Shown: positions 26,091-35,363, counted from the stretch's first letter. The stretch is DNA of 43,315 nt from Rhizobiaceae bacterium (GCA_051009635.1 JBPCWJ010000192.1:1-43315), one strand, 5' to 3'. Translations and numbers: made by a program. The notes: generated by a model not told the origin, from the letters alone.

Positions 26091-27338
26091 TTACCTCGCC
26101 AAGTCGGGCCGCCAAACCGGCGTGGGTATGAGCCCGCGTATACGTCCCAGTTTTTCTGATCGCTCTCCATCAATATCGAAACGGACATATGCTGGTCTTG
26201 GAGAAGGAACCGGAACCTTGCCTTTTGGAGCGAGTTGCTCGGAGGCGAAGGCATCGCTCGGCGGTGCATCAATCCCGCCCACCGAGATTGTCAGAGGCTG
26301 GCGCGTAATTTTTCGTGTCTCCAGAAATGGTGAATCGATTTTTGCTGCTCCTGCACCTGGATCGTAGCGGTTGGCACGCGCCTGTTCGCTGCACATTCTT
26401 GGACGCTGGTTTTCGGCAGGTGCTGATGCTCCCGAGGAAATGTAAGTGGAGATCTCCGGACCGGTCCGGCTGTCAAAGCCTTCCGATAGCAATTTAGCCG
26501 CAGCAATTGCCCGTTCGGATTGCGAAAAAGTACCCAGCACAACAGCAATCAACTGTCTTTCGCCACGCGTGGCCGAAGCAACCATGTTATAGCCCGAAGC
26601 ACATACAAATCCTGTTTTCATCCCGTCAGCGCCTGAAAACCGCTCGAGCAGCAAGTTGTAGGAGTAGTGGACCTTCTTGCTTGTTTGTATGGCGGGCGTG
26701 GCAAAATAATCAGAATATTCCGGAAATTCATCGAAGATGGTCCGGGCCAATAATGCCATGTCGCGCGCGGTTACATATTGCTTGGGCGAGTGAAGGCCAT
26801 TCGGATTGGCGAAAGCACTGTCATTCATACCCAAACGCCTTGCTTCTTCGTTCATTCGGGCCACGAAATTGCCGACGGTTCCCGAGACGGCCTCCGCCAA
26901 AGCTACCGAGACGTCATTGGCGCTTTTGACGATCAGAATCTTCATTGCGGTATCCAGCCGCATGCGCGTTCCACGCACATAACCCATTTTTGAAGGAGGT
27001 TGCCGAGTGGCGAGCTTTGACATCGCTACCGGTGAACCTGGCTGAATTTCACCCGCCTTGATTGCCCTGAGCGCAACGTAAAGTGTCATCAGCTTTGTCA
27101 GAGAGGCCGGATACCAGCGTTGAAACGGCTTGTTTTCTGACAAAACAACACCCGATGCCCTGTCGACTACCAGATACGGAAATTCCTGTGCTAATGTCCG
27201 AACGGGATGAAAAATCAGAAACATTGCCAGGCAAATACCGATAATAAAAGACAGACGATGGCTGGCCTGTTTTCGGGACTGGTAGATTTGGAATGCCTGG
27301 GCACTTGATTCCTGCATTTCGAACACGATCTTATTCAA
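26091..27338 (-). CDS. Serine-type D-alanyl-D-alanine carboxypeptidase (S11, PBP5/6-like)
   Basis: SxxK (ASLTKLMT), SxN (SANDV) and KTG (MKTGF) motifs. N-terminal TM/signal segment. The track start is TTG 27338; an ATG at 27317 is an alternative. Confidence 0.88.
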   Translation of the reverse strand: MNKIVFEMQESSAQAFQIYQSRKQASHRLSFIIGICLAMFLIFHPVRTLAQEFPYLVVDRASGVVLSENKPFQRWYPASLTKLMTLYVALRAIKAGEIQPGSPVAMSKLATRQPPSKMGYVRGTRMRLDTAMKILIVKSANDVSVALAEAVSGTVGNFVARMNEEARRLGMNDSAFANPNGLHSPKQYVTARDMALLARTIFDEFPEYSDYFATPAIQTSKKVHYSYNLLLERFSGADGMKTGFVCASGYNMVASATRGERQLIAVVLGTFSQSERAIAAAKLLSEGFDSRTGPEISTYISSGASAPAENQRPRMCSEQARANRYDPGAGAAKIDSPFLETRKITRQPLTISVGGIDAPPSDAFASEQLAPKGKVPVPSPRPAYVRFDIDGERSEKLGRIRGLIPTPVWRPDLAR

Positions 27339-27492
27339 AACTGGTATCGGTTTAGGGTCAATGTCTTGAACCTAAGTGGATTTCATATCGACCTGGTCAA
27401 TGCTAATGACAAACAAATCAGGCGGCGTCCAGTCAAACCGGTGCTGGATTGGCCAATACCGATAAGCGAACGGAAAATTGTCCGGAGACAAA

Positions 27493-28656
27493 ATGCCGAT
27501 TATCAACAGAATGGCCGAGCTTCATGACGAGATTACAGCATGGCGCCGGGAATTCCACACAATGCCGGAATTGCTCTATGACGTGCACAAGACGGCAGCA
27601 AGGGTATCGGAACTACTCCGGGAGTTTGGATGTGATGACGTTGTCGAGGGAATAGGCAGAACCGGGGTTGTCGGTATCGTGGAAGGCAACGGGCAAGATG
27701 GCCCGGTAATCGGCTTGCGCGCTGATATGGATGCGCTACCAATCGAGGAAACCAGTGGAAAACCCTGGTCGTCCAAAGAGAAAGGCAAGATGCACGCATG
27801 CGGTCATGATGGTCACACTGCCATGCTGCTTGGTGCTGCAAAGTACCTGGCCGAATCCCGTAATTTCTCCGGCAAGGTTGCTCTGATTTTCCAACCTGCC
27901 GAGGAAGGTGGCGCAGGTGGCCGCGCGATGGTTGACGATGGCTTGATGGAGCGTTTCAACATTAGTGAAGTCTATGGCATGCATAATCTGCCGGGTTTGC
28001 CGGTCGGCCAGTTTGGCGGGCGTTCAGGTGCGATCACTGCCTCAACCGATGAGTTCAATATCGTTATCTCAGGCAAGGGCGGTCATGCTGCATTTCCGCA
28101 TATGGGCAATGATCCAATTGTTGCGGCAGGCCAATGTATCACAGCCATTCAGACCATTGTTTCGCGCAATACGGACCCGCTGGATTCCCTGGTTGTATCC
28201 GTGACCCAGATCCATGCCGGTTCCTCCCACAACATCATTCCGGGCAGTGTCCGGATGAATGGCACAATTCGCTGTTTCAGCAAGGAGACGCGGGAATATG
28301 CCGCCAGACGCCTGGAGGAAATTGTCCGGGGAACTTCGGAAGCGCATGGTGTAGAAGCAGATACGGAAATACTTACCGGTTATCCGGTGACCATCAACCA
28401 TGACTCCCAGACGGACAGTTCGTTGAAAGTAGCTGTTGAAATTGCCGGTGAGCAGAATGTGGATGCCAATATGGCCCCAATGCTTGGCGGCGAGGATTTC
28501 TCCTTCATGTTGGAGAGCCGGCCGGGTTCATTCATTTTCATGGGAAATGGAGATACGCCCGGCCTGCATAATTCGAGCTATGATTTCAATGACGAGGCCA
28601 TACCTCACGGCTGTTCCTACTGGGTCAGACTGGTGGAAACACGCCTGCCCACCTGA
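27493..28656 (+). CDS. M20D family amidohydrolase (hippurate hydrolase / N-acyl-amino acid amidohydrolase-like)
   Basis: 387 aa from ATG 27493 (GGAGA upstream): MPIINRMAELHDEITAWRREFHTMPEL...MHACGHDGH...FQPAEEGGAGG...GGEDFSF is a typical M20D pattern. Confidence 0.88.
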   Translation: MPIINRMAELHDEITAWRREFHTMPELLYDVHKTAARVSELLREFGCDDVVEGIGRTGVVGIVEGNGQDGPVIGLRADMDALPIEETSGKPWSSKEKGKMHACGHDGHTAMLLGAAKYLAESRNFSGKVALIFQPAEEGGAGGRAMVDDGLMERFNISEVYGMHNLPGLPVGQFGGRSGAITASTDEFNIVISGKGGHAAFPHMGNDPIVAAGQCITAIQTIVSRNTDPLDSLVVSVTQIHAGSSHNIIPGSVRMNGTIRCFSKETREYAARRLEEIVRGTSEAHGVEADTEILTGYPVTINHDSQTDSSLKVAVEIAGEQNVDANMAPMLGGEDFSFMLESRPGSFIFMGNGDTPGLHNSSYDFNDEAIPHGCSYWVRLVETRLPT

Positions 28657-28700
28657 TAAACAGGACGATCTACTCTTCGGATGCAAAGACTTCTGGTGGT

Positions 28701-29357
28701 TCAGCCGCCTGTCACCGCCTGCCGGTTTTCATAAATCTGTATGGCCCCATTGAAGATCATTTCGACGGCAATTGCGGTCAGCAAGATTGCCATGATCCGG
28801 GTGACCACGCTGATAACCGTATTGCCCAGGAATTTTGCAATCGGATCAGCGAATATCAGCCCAAGCCAGATAGTAAGGCTGACCAATACAACAATGGGAA
28901 GCATTGTCACGAGTTCTTCACCGTCATCCAGAAGATGGGCAAACAGGATGATTGTCGCAAATCCAGCCGGTCCGATTGTAAGCGGAATTGATAAGGGGAC
29001 GACAGCAATGTTCTGATTGTCGCTGTCGGCAGAATCCTGTGCCTTTTGGTCACCCCTGGAGCGGCCATCGTCCCTGAGCATTGAGAGGCCGATTCCAAGT
29101 ACGATTATTCCACCGGCAATCTGAAATGAGGGTACCGTAATACCGAAAAACCTCAGGATTTCCTCACCGACCAAGAGGCAAATAGTGGCTGCGACAAACA
29201 CTGTAATGCCTATAATTGTTGCAAAACGGCGCCGCTCTTCGGGTGTATTCTTCCTGGTCATTCCCAGGAAAATCGGAATCCCGTACAGCGGATTGACCAT
29301 CGCGACAAAGGCGGCGGCAAACTTCAAGAAAACGTCAGTATTGAAAAGTTCAGTCAA
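28701..29357 (-). CDS. MarC family (UPF0056) integral membrane protein
   Basis: 218 aa. FVAMVNPLYGIPIFLGMT near the N-terminus and six TM segments are typical of MarC. TTG start at 29357. Confidence 0.82.
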   Translation of the reverse strand: MTELFNTDVFLKFAAAFVAMVNPLYGIPIFLGMTRKNTPEERRRFATIIGITVFVAATICLLVGEEILRFFGITVPSFQIAGGIIVLGIGLSMLRDDGRSRGDQKAQDSADSDNQNIAVVPLSIPLTIGPAGFATIILFAHLLDDGEELVTMLPIVVLVSLTIWLGLIFADPIAKFLGNTVISVVTRIMAILLTAIAVEMIFNGAIQIYENRQAVTGG

Positions 29358-29440
29358 ATCCGGCTTCCCATATTGTACTGCGTGGCAGTTCGAGCGGCAG
29401 CAGCTTCGCTCCCGAAACCGATAATTTCTTCCGCTTACTT

Positions 29441-30124
29441 CTATTCGTCCCAGGCTTCGGAAATACGTCTTTGGAGCTCATTTGGATTTAGGAGAATAAT
29501 CGCGCCTTTGGTCTTGTCCAGGAAACCCTGTTTCTGCAGGGCGTTTAGTTCGCGCGAAACGACTTCCCGTCTGGTTCCGATGCGATCGGCCAGTTCCCGT
29601 TGTATCGGTGGTGGGCTGACTGAACGTTGGTCGGGATGGCCGGGACGGGGTTTTGAAAGTCGAAGCAATTCGGAATAAAGCCTGTGTTTTGCCTGCAGGA
29701 ACGAGTGTTCAGCGAGCCTTGTATTCAGTTGGCGGACGCGATCTGCCAGCAGCCTCAGTATGCCCAAGCCAACCGGGGGTGCTTCCTGCAATATCTCCAG
29801 AAAACAGCGTTGCGGCATGATACATATTTTCGAGCGTGTCAGCGTGGTCACATTTGCAGAGCGCGGTTCTCCATCAATTGCCGCTATCTCGCCGAAGAAC
29901 TCACCTTCCCCCATCTCACCCAAAATTACTTCCTTGCCGACAGAAATACGGTGGATGATGCGCACCTTGCCTGACAGGACAAATCTGACATCTGTGGTCT
30001 CGTCATCAACGTCAATAACGAGTTCATGCGGACCATATTCTTTCCAGAAGCAATTTCGGGCGTAGCGGTCCGATATATTTTGATCAAGATCCTTGAAAAG
30101 TGGAATGTTTGTAAGTGTGTCCAT
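29441..30124 (-). CDS. Crp/Fnr family transcriptional regulator (cNMP-binding-type domain, FNR-class recognition helix, no N-terminal Cys cluster)
   Basis: 227 aa from ATG 30124 (AGGTGG upstream). Effector-domain motif FFGEIAAIDGEPRSANVTTL. HTH QRELADRIGTRREVVSRELNALQKQG with an E--SR pattern. There is only one Cys in the N-terminal 30 aa, so it is not an FNR-type Fe-S sensor. Confidence 0.88.
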   Translation of the reverse strand: MDTLTNIPLFKDLDQNISDRYARNCFWKEYGPHELVIDVDDETTDVRFVLSGKVRIIHRISVGKEVILGEMGEGEFFGEIAAIDGEPRSANVTTLTRSKICIMPQRCFLEILQEAPPVGLGILRLLADRVRQLNTRLAEHSFLQAKHRLYSELLRLSKPRPGHPDQRSVSPPPIQRELADRIGTRREVVSRELNALQKQGFLDKTKGAIILLNPNELQRRISEAWDE

Positions 30125-30368
30125 CGATCCACCTGATGTGTTGAGCAAGGTCAGCAATACGCGAAACGCTCATTATGGCTCTTTCGGCAGGACAGGCAAT
30201 GCCTGCCTTGTAGATATCCGTGTGTAAATCCGGTCTCGGCCCACAATAAAGAGGTATGAAATAGTTTCCGTAAGGGTCCGGATTACTACCTATTGGTTTA
30301 CCAAATCAAAATTATTTCATGCGTATTTGGTGCGGGGGATTTCTCTTCAGTTGGAGAAACCGGGATAA

Positions 30369-32690
30369 ATGGTATTTAGTGACGACAGCGGACATGCCGG
30401 CCGAAGTCATGAGCTTCCGAAACCGATCTATGAATCGGTGGTACGCTCGCTTTATGGCGACCAGAAATCGCTTCTGGTTGGGTGGCTGAGCATTGCCTTG
30501 GCGCCGATCATCCTATTTGCACGTTCCGGCGACAGCATTCAGCTGGTTTTCGCGCTATTGCTGGCACTATTGGGCGGAGCACGCCAGCTGGACGGAATGG
30601 CGTTCAACCGGGCCGCGAAACGTCCGCTTTCCTTGCGCGCAATCAGTAAATGGGAATCACGTTATGCGGTGATGGGCGCCCTTTATGTAGGTGTACTTGG
30701 ATCCTGGTGCATGGCAGGCATGGCGGTTTCGTCTGATGAATTTGTGCATCTGATGAGCATTGCGATTACGCTTTCTTATATTGTCGGCATAATCGGTAGA
30801 AATTTTTCTAGTGAAAAAGTCGTGTTAAGCCAGACCATATTTACCGGAATTCCAATGGTTTCAGGCTTCGTGCTTTTTGGTGGCATTTACCATCAATTGC
30901 TGGGCCTGTTTCTGCTACCGTTTTTCTTCACGATCTGGACCATGTCCAAAAATCTCAGGCGTGTCCTGTTCGGAGCTGTGGTCACTGCAGAAGACAATCG
31001 GACGATAGCCACGCGATTTGACGTTGCGCTCGGAAATATTTCCCATGGTATTGCAATGTTTGATGCCACCGGAAAATTTGCCGTGGTTAATGCCAGATTT
31101 GCGCCGCTGGCGGGTATGTATTCGGGAAATGGGCTCGAAAACCAGGATTTTAGCTCACTTGATGCAGAAGTTTCGCTGGTGGATGATGAACCCGGCAAGG
31201 AGTGCCAGCTCAGTCAGATTGTCGAAAACCTGATTGATGCCGGTATTCGTTCAGAGTTGAAATACTGCCTTCCGGACGGCCGGGTAATTGAAGCAAAATT
31301 CAATCCGATGGCAGATGAGGGCGGAGTGCTGGTTCTGGAAGACATAACTTCCAGAGTGACATCCGAAGCCGAAATCAGGAAGTTGGCGAGTTTTGATGCG
31401 CTGACCCATCTACCAAACCGCCGATATTTCAGCCATGAAGTCAATCGAATGCTGGGTGGTGGTGACGGGCTTGATCCGTGTTCCGTATTCTTTGTCGATC
31501 TTGATAACTTCAAGGATGTCAATGACAGTCTGGGTCATGCAGTTGGCGACAAACTGCTTTGTTCCATTGCATTGCGTATGCGTTCGCGGATGCCGTCAAA
31601 CGCCTTGGCATGCCGTTTCGGTGGTGATGAATTCGTTATCATGATACCGGGCAAGTTACGCCGCAAGGATTGTCAGAAATTTGCCGAAAAACTGATTGCC
31701 GAAATATCGAACCCGGTTCTGATTGACGGCCATCAAATCAATGTCGGTGCCAGTGTCGGAATTGCCCAATGTCCTGCAAATGGACAAGACTTCAACCAGC
31801 TTCTCAAGGTTTCCGATGTGGCGCTTTATGATGCCAAGGCGAGGGGGCGTGGAAGATATTCTTTCTATTCGGACGAGCTTGGAGATGTTGTACGCGACAG
31901 GCGGGCCCTGGAAAATGAGCTGCGCCGCGCGATCAAGCAGGACCAGATGGAGGTTCACTTCCAGCCATTGGTCAATGTTGAAGAAAGCCGCATATCAACC
32001 TGCGAAGCCCTGCTCAGATGGAAGCATCCAGAGCGCGGCCACATTTCACCAAGTGTATTCATTCCAATCGCCGAAGAAATTGGAATGATCTCCCAGATCG
32101 GCAAGTTCGTGATGGAGGAAGCCGCGCAGCGATGCATGGAATGGCCGGAGTATGTCAGCGTGGCGGTCAATGTTTCCTCGCTGCAGTTCCAGCAGTCAGA
32201 TGTTTGCGCAGTGGTCTCCGGTGCTCTGGCAAAAAGCGGACTGGATCCCAAACGGCTTGAGGTCGAAGTAACCGAATCTGCCATGCTCAAGAATATCGAT
32301 GAAACAACTGCTGTACTTTCAAAGCTTTCAGATGCTGGCGTACGAATTTCCCTTGATGACTTTGGAACAGGTTTCTCGAGTCTGTCCTATCTCCATGCGC
32401 TGCCGCTGGACAAGGTGAAGATAGACCGGTCGTTTATCGAGGACATCAATACTGATGAGCGCTCGCTTGTACTGCTGTCAGGGGTGACCCATTTGGCGAA
32501 GGAACTCGGACTTCAGATTACCATTGAAGGAATCGAGACCGAAGAACAGCGTGATATCCTGATGTCGATGGTGAAGGTCGATGAAATGCAGGGCTATCTT
32601 TTCGGCAAGGCCATGCCCGCCAATGATGTTTCCGAGTTGCTCGAATATCCTTCAATCGAATTGTCCACATCAGTCCGATTGACCGGCTAA
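30369..32690 (+). CDS. Membrane-bound GGDEF-EAL protein with PAS-like linker (c-di-GMP synthase/phosphodiesterase)
   Basis: 773 aa. About 5-6 N-terminal TM helices. A PAS-like segment (SHGIAMFDATGKFAVVN...). GGDEF domain (RFGGDEFVIM, intact GGDEF). EAL domain (CEALLRW, DDFGTGFSSLSYL, EGIETEEQ). Confidence 0.92.
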   Translation: MVFSDDSGHAGRSHELPKPIYESVVRSLYGDQKSLLVGWLSIALAPIILFARSGDSIQLVFALLLALLGGARQLDGMAFNRAAKRPLSLRAISKWESRYAVMGALYVGVLGSWCMAGMAVSSDEFVHLMSIAITLSYIVGIIGRNFSSEKVVLSQTIFTGIPMVSGFVLFGGIYHQLLGLFLLPFFFTIWTMSKNLRRVLFGAVVTAEDNRTIATRFDVALGNISHGIAMFDATGKFAVVNARFAPLAGMYSGNGLENQDFSSLDAEVSLVDDEPGKECQLSQIVENLIDAGIRSELKYCLPDGRVIEAKFNPMADEGGVLVLEDITSRVTSEAEIRKLASFDALTHLPNRRYFSHEVNRMLGGGDGLDPCSVFFVDLDNFKDVNDSLGHAVGDKLLCSIALRMRSRMPSNALACRFGGDEFVIMIPGKLRRKDCQKFAEKLIAEISNPVLIDGHQINVGASVGIAQCPANGQDFNQLLKVSDVALYDAKARGRGRYSFYSDELGDVVRDRRALENELRRAIKQDQMEVHFQPLVNVEESRISTCEALLRWKHPERGHISPSVFIPIAEEIGMISQIGKFVMEEAAQRCMEWPEYVSVAVNVSSLQFQQSDVCAVVSGALAKSGLDPKRLEVEVTESAMLKNIDETTAVLSKLSDAGVRISLDDFGTGFSSLSYLHALPLDKVKIDRSFIEDINTDERSLVLLSGVTHLAKELGLQITIEGIETEEQRDILMSMVKVDEMQGYLFGKAMPANDVSELLEYPSIELSTSVRLTG

Positions 32691-32781
32691 GCCCGATTTC
32701 AGCTGAATTAGCACAAGCGAATACGTCCAATAAATCCATGTAAAAAACGGTATACCGGTAATATTAATTTGTTCTTCGGCG

Positions 32782-32917
32782 TTAACCATAATCATGGTTA
32801 ATAGTTTACTAATAAATAATATAGCGCTTTTTGACTTTACACTGGTTAACAAATGATTAATCATCAGCCTGACTGCTTAACGGGGTAAGCAAATAGTAAA
32901 GGGTATGGGATGGTTAA
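32782..32917. promoter_or_regulatory. Cluster of four TGGTTAA heptamers (one inverted) plus palindromes in the AT-rich spacer upstream of the N-acyltransferase gene
   Basis: TTAACCA at 32782-32788 and TGGTTAA at 32795-32801 together form TTAACCAT-N4-ATGGTTAA. Further TGGTTAA copies lie at 32843-32849 and 32911-32917. The last overlaps the start codon, and ATGGTTAAT is repeated exactly at 32794-32802 and 32910-32918. There is also the 12-bp perfect palindrome ATGATTAATCAT (32853-32864) and TACCGGTA (32753-32760). Confidence 0.45.
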
Positions 32918-33653
32918 TGAAACCGCTCTGCGCGATAAATCACGCGCGGAAATAGTGCATGATTGGCTTCAGCAGGTTGATTACAGGGTTGCAAGTTTCC
33001 AAAAAGACAGAAATGCAATTTTCCGGCTCCGTTACCGCGCATATTTGAACGAAGGCAGTATTTCATCAAATCCGGAAAAAATGTTCACCGATGATTATGA
33101 TGCGATGGACAATTGCTGGATATTTGGCGTTTTTCACGATGATTGGCTAATTAGCTCGATCCGGTTCCATGTCATCCGGCAGGAAAACCGGTACGGCCCA
33201 GCCCTTGATGTATTTCCAGACCTGGTGGCACCGATGGTGGATGCCGGGCAAACCATAATTGATCCCACGCGGTTTGTTGTCGATGAGGAAGCGACCAAGA
33301 TGTTTCCTGATTTACCGTTCCTGACGTTGAGGGTTGCCACCATGGCGTCGGAATTCTTCGATGCTGACCATTGTCTGGCAACTGTTCGTGCAGAGCACCG
33401 TGCCTTTTACCGCAGGGTGTTTGAATCGAAACAACTTTGCGACCCCAGGCCCTATCCGACATTGACGCAACCAATATGCCTCATGACAGCGGATGTTCGT
33501 GGCATCCGGGACAAGCTGATGCGCCGGTATCCGGTTTTTCAGTCGAGCTTTACCGAACGAAAAATGCTGATGACTGATTTCGCGTTGACAGCTGTAAATG
33601 GAGGGAACAGCAATTTGCCCTCTTATGTGCAGAAAGCTTCCGGATTCAGCTGA
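32910..33653 (+). CDS. Orphan LuxI / FeeM-like N-acyltransferase (autoinducer-synthase / N-acyl amino acid synthase superfamily)
   Basis: 247 aa. The motif order is FRLRYRAY...FTDDYD...WIFGVFHDDWLISSIRFHV...GPALDVFPDLV...IIDPTRFVVD...ATVRAEHRAFYRRVFES. This parallels the LuxI-family blocks (LR..VF, E.D.YD, G..RLLP, P.ML..F, ESSRF.VD, ER.L.R.GW). The coding call is solid; the family call rests on pattern recognition only. Confidence 0.6.
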   Translation: MVNETALRDKSRAEIVHDWLQQVDYRVASFQKDRNAIFRLRYRAYLNEGSISSNPEKMFTDDYDAMDNCWIFGVFHDDWLISSIRFHVIRQENRYGPALDVFPDLVAPMVDAGQTIIDPTRFVVDEEATKMFPDLPFLTLRVATMASEFFDADHCLATVRAEHRAFYRRVFESKQLCDPRPYPTLTQPICLMTADVRGIRDKLMRRYPVFQSSFTERKMLMTDFALTAVNGGNSNLPSYVQKASGFS

Positions 33654-33683
33654 GTTAAAACCAGCGTTAAATCTTGAAAGTTT

Positions 33684-35363
33684 CTAGCGGTCACTCGTTT
33701 GCCAATCTGGGTTGATCCAGGGTTCCTGATTGGATTTGGGCAGCGGGTCCAGACCCAGAATGTGATCTGCGGCCTTCTCTCCGGTCATGATTGATGGCGC
33801 GTTCAGGTTACCATTGGTTATCTGCGGAAATATTGAACTGTCTGCCACGCGCAAAGCGTCCACTCCGATTACCCTGCATTCAGGATCAACCACCGCCAAG
33901 GCATCATCCTTACTGCCCATCCTGCAAGTTCCGCATGGATGATAAGCGCTTTCGACATGCTGGCGGATATAATCATCAAGCTGATCATCGGTTATCATGT
34001 TGTCACCAGGCGCAATCTCCCTGCCGCGATAGGGATCAAAGGCGGCCTGTCCGAAAATTTCGCGTGTAAGGCGAATGCAATGGCGGAATTCGGACCAATC
34101 ATCCTCCTCGCTCATATAGTTGAACAATATTGAGGGCGCCTTCCGATAGTCAGCAGATTGAAGGTGAATGCGACCACGTGATTGAGAGCGCATGGGCCCC
34201 ACATGCGCCTGGAAGCCATGCGCCTTTGCCGGTGCGGTTCCGTCATATCGTATGGCGCCCGGGAGGAAGTGATATTGAATATCGGGATATTCAACACCGG
34301 GTCGGGATCTAACAAATGCAGCGCTTCCAAAATGATTTGTTGCGCCATCGCCTCTCTTGAAGAAAAGCCATTGGGCACCAATCAGGGCTTTGGAAATAAG
34401 ATTAAGTTTGGCGTTGAGCGTAATGGTTTTTGTGCATTCCCGTTGAACCAGGATTTCCAGATGGTCCTGGAGATTTGCGCCTACACCCGGACGGTTGGCG
34501 ACGACTTCTATCCCCATTTCCCGAAGATGCTTTCCGGGCCCAATTCCGGATAACATAAGAAGCTTTGGCGAGTTGATGGCAGAGGCAGCCAGAATGACCT
34601 CCTTTTGTGCCTTGATTATCTCGGTTTTGCTGCCGCGACCAATCTCAACCCCGGTTGCCTTTCCGTTTTCGATGATGATTTTTTTGGCAAGGCCCCGGAC
34701 CACGGAGAGGTTTTCACGCGCCAGGGCCGGTTTCAGATATGCATTTGCTGTTGACCAGCGGCGGCCACGCCAGACGGTCTGTTCCATCTGGCCGAAGCCT
34801 TCCTGTTTGAAGCCATTATAGTCCGCTGTGGTTTGAAATCCTGCCTGTCTGCCGGCTTCAATGAAAGCATCAAATAGCGGATTAGCGCGCGGACCCCGTG
34901 TAACGTGAAGCGGGCCGGAGGTGCCGCGAATGCCAGTCTCCCCGTCATGCGCGCTCTCGAGGCGTTGAAAATAGGGCAACACGTCAGCATAAGACCAGCC
35001 ACTTGCGCCCATTTTCTCCCAGGTGTCGAAATCGCATGCGTGGCCGCGCACATATACCATGCCGTTTATCGATGAGGAGCCGCCGATTACCTTTCCTCTG
35101 GGGCAAGCCATAGTTCTTCCGCCCAGATGAGGCTCTGGCTCTGTTTTGTAACCCCAGTCATAGACCGGCATGTTCATCGGATAGGAAAGGGCTGCAGGCA
35201 TCTGGATAAAGGGGCCAATATCCGAGCCACCATATTCAATGACGACTACAGGGTGTTTGCCATTTTCGCTAAGCCGCGCTGCAAGGGCGGATCCGGCTGA
35301 TCCGGAGCCGACAATCACATAATCGGCAACCATACCGGTTGTTACGTATGTACCTCCGCTCAT
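33684..35363 (-). CDS. betA: Choline dehydrogenase (GMC oxidoreductase)
   Basis: 559 aa. [24 protein letters not shown] fold, [14 protein letters not shown], and a C-terminal HPCGTCRMG are typical of BetA. The start is ATG 35363 or the internal Met 11. Confidence 0.9.
   Translation of the reverse strand: MSGGTYVTTGMVADYVIVGSGSAGSALAARLSENGKHPVVVIEYGGSDIGPFIQMPAALSYPMNMPVYDWGYKTEPEPHLGGRTMACPRGKVIGGSSSINGMVYVRGHACDFDTWEKMGASGWSYADVLPYFQRLESAHDGETGIRGTSGPLHVTRGPRANPLFDAFIEAGRQAGFQTTADYNGFKQEGFGQMEQTVWRGRRWSTANAYLKPALARENLSVVRGLAKKIIIENGKATGVEIGRGSKTEIIKAQKEVILAASAINSPKLLMLSGIGPGKHLREMGIEVVANRPGVGANLQDHLEILVQRECTKTITLNAKLNLISKALIGAQWLFFKRGDGATNHFGSAAFVRSRPGVEYPDIQYHFLPGAIRYDGTAPAKAHGFQAHVGPMRSQSRGRIHLQSADYRKAPSILFNYMSEEDDWSEFRHCIRLTREIFGQAAFDPYRGREIAPGDNMITDDQLDDYIRQHVESAYHPCGTCRMGSKDDALAVVDPECRVIGVDALRVADSSIFPQITNGNLNAPSIMTGEKAADHILGLDPLPKSNQEPWINPDWQTSDR

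Noticed and set aside
27355-27372. GGGTCAA-TGTC-TTGAACC near-palindrome upstream of the DD-carboxypeptidase gene, considered as a second FNR site.
   Set aside because: The half-sites are in the opposite arrangement (GTCAA...TTGAA rather than TTGAT...ATCAA) and one arm is imperfect. It does not fit the FNR-class consensus. It is kept only as an unexplained weak palindrome.
32670-32864. 64-aa minus-strand ORF in the AT-rich spacer after the GGDEF-EAL gene.
   Set aside because: It starts inside the ATGATTAATCAT palindrome, which reads ATG on both strands. It overlaps the GGDEF-EAL 3' end, has AT-driven composition (Ile/Lys/Leu/Asn-rich) and no SD. It is treated as non-coding regulatory DNA.
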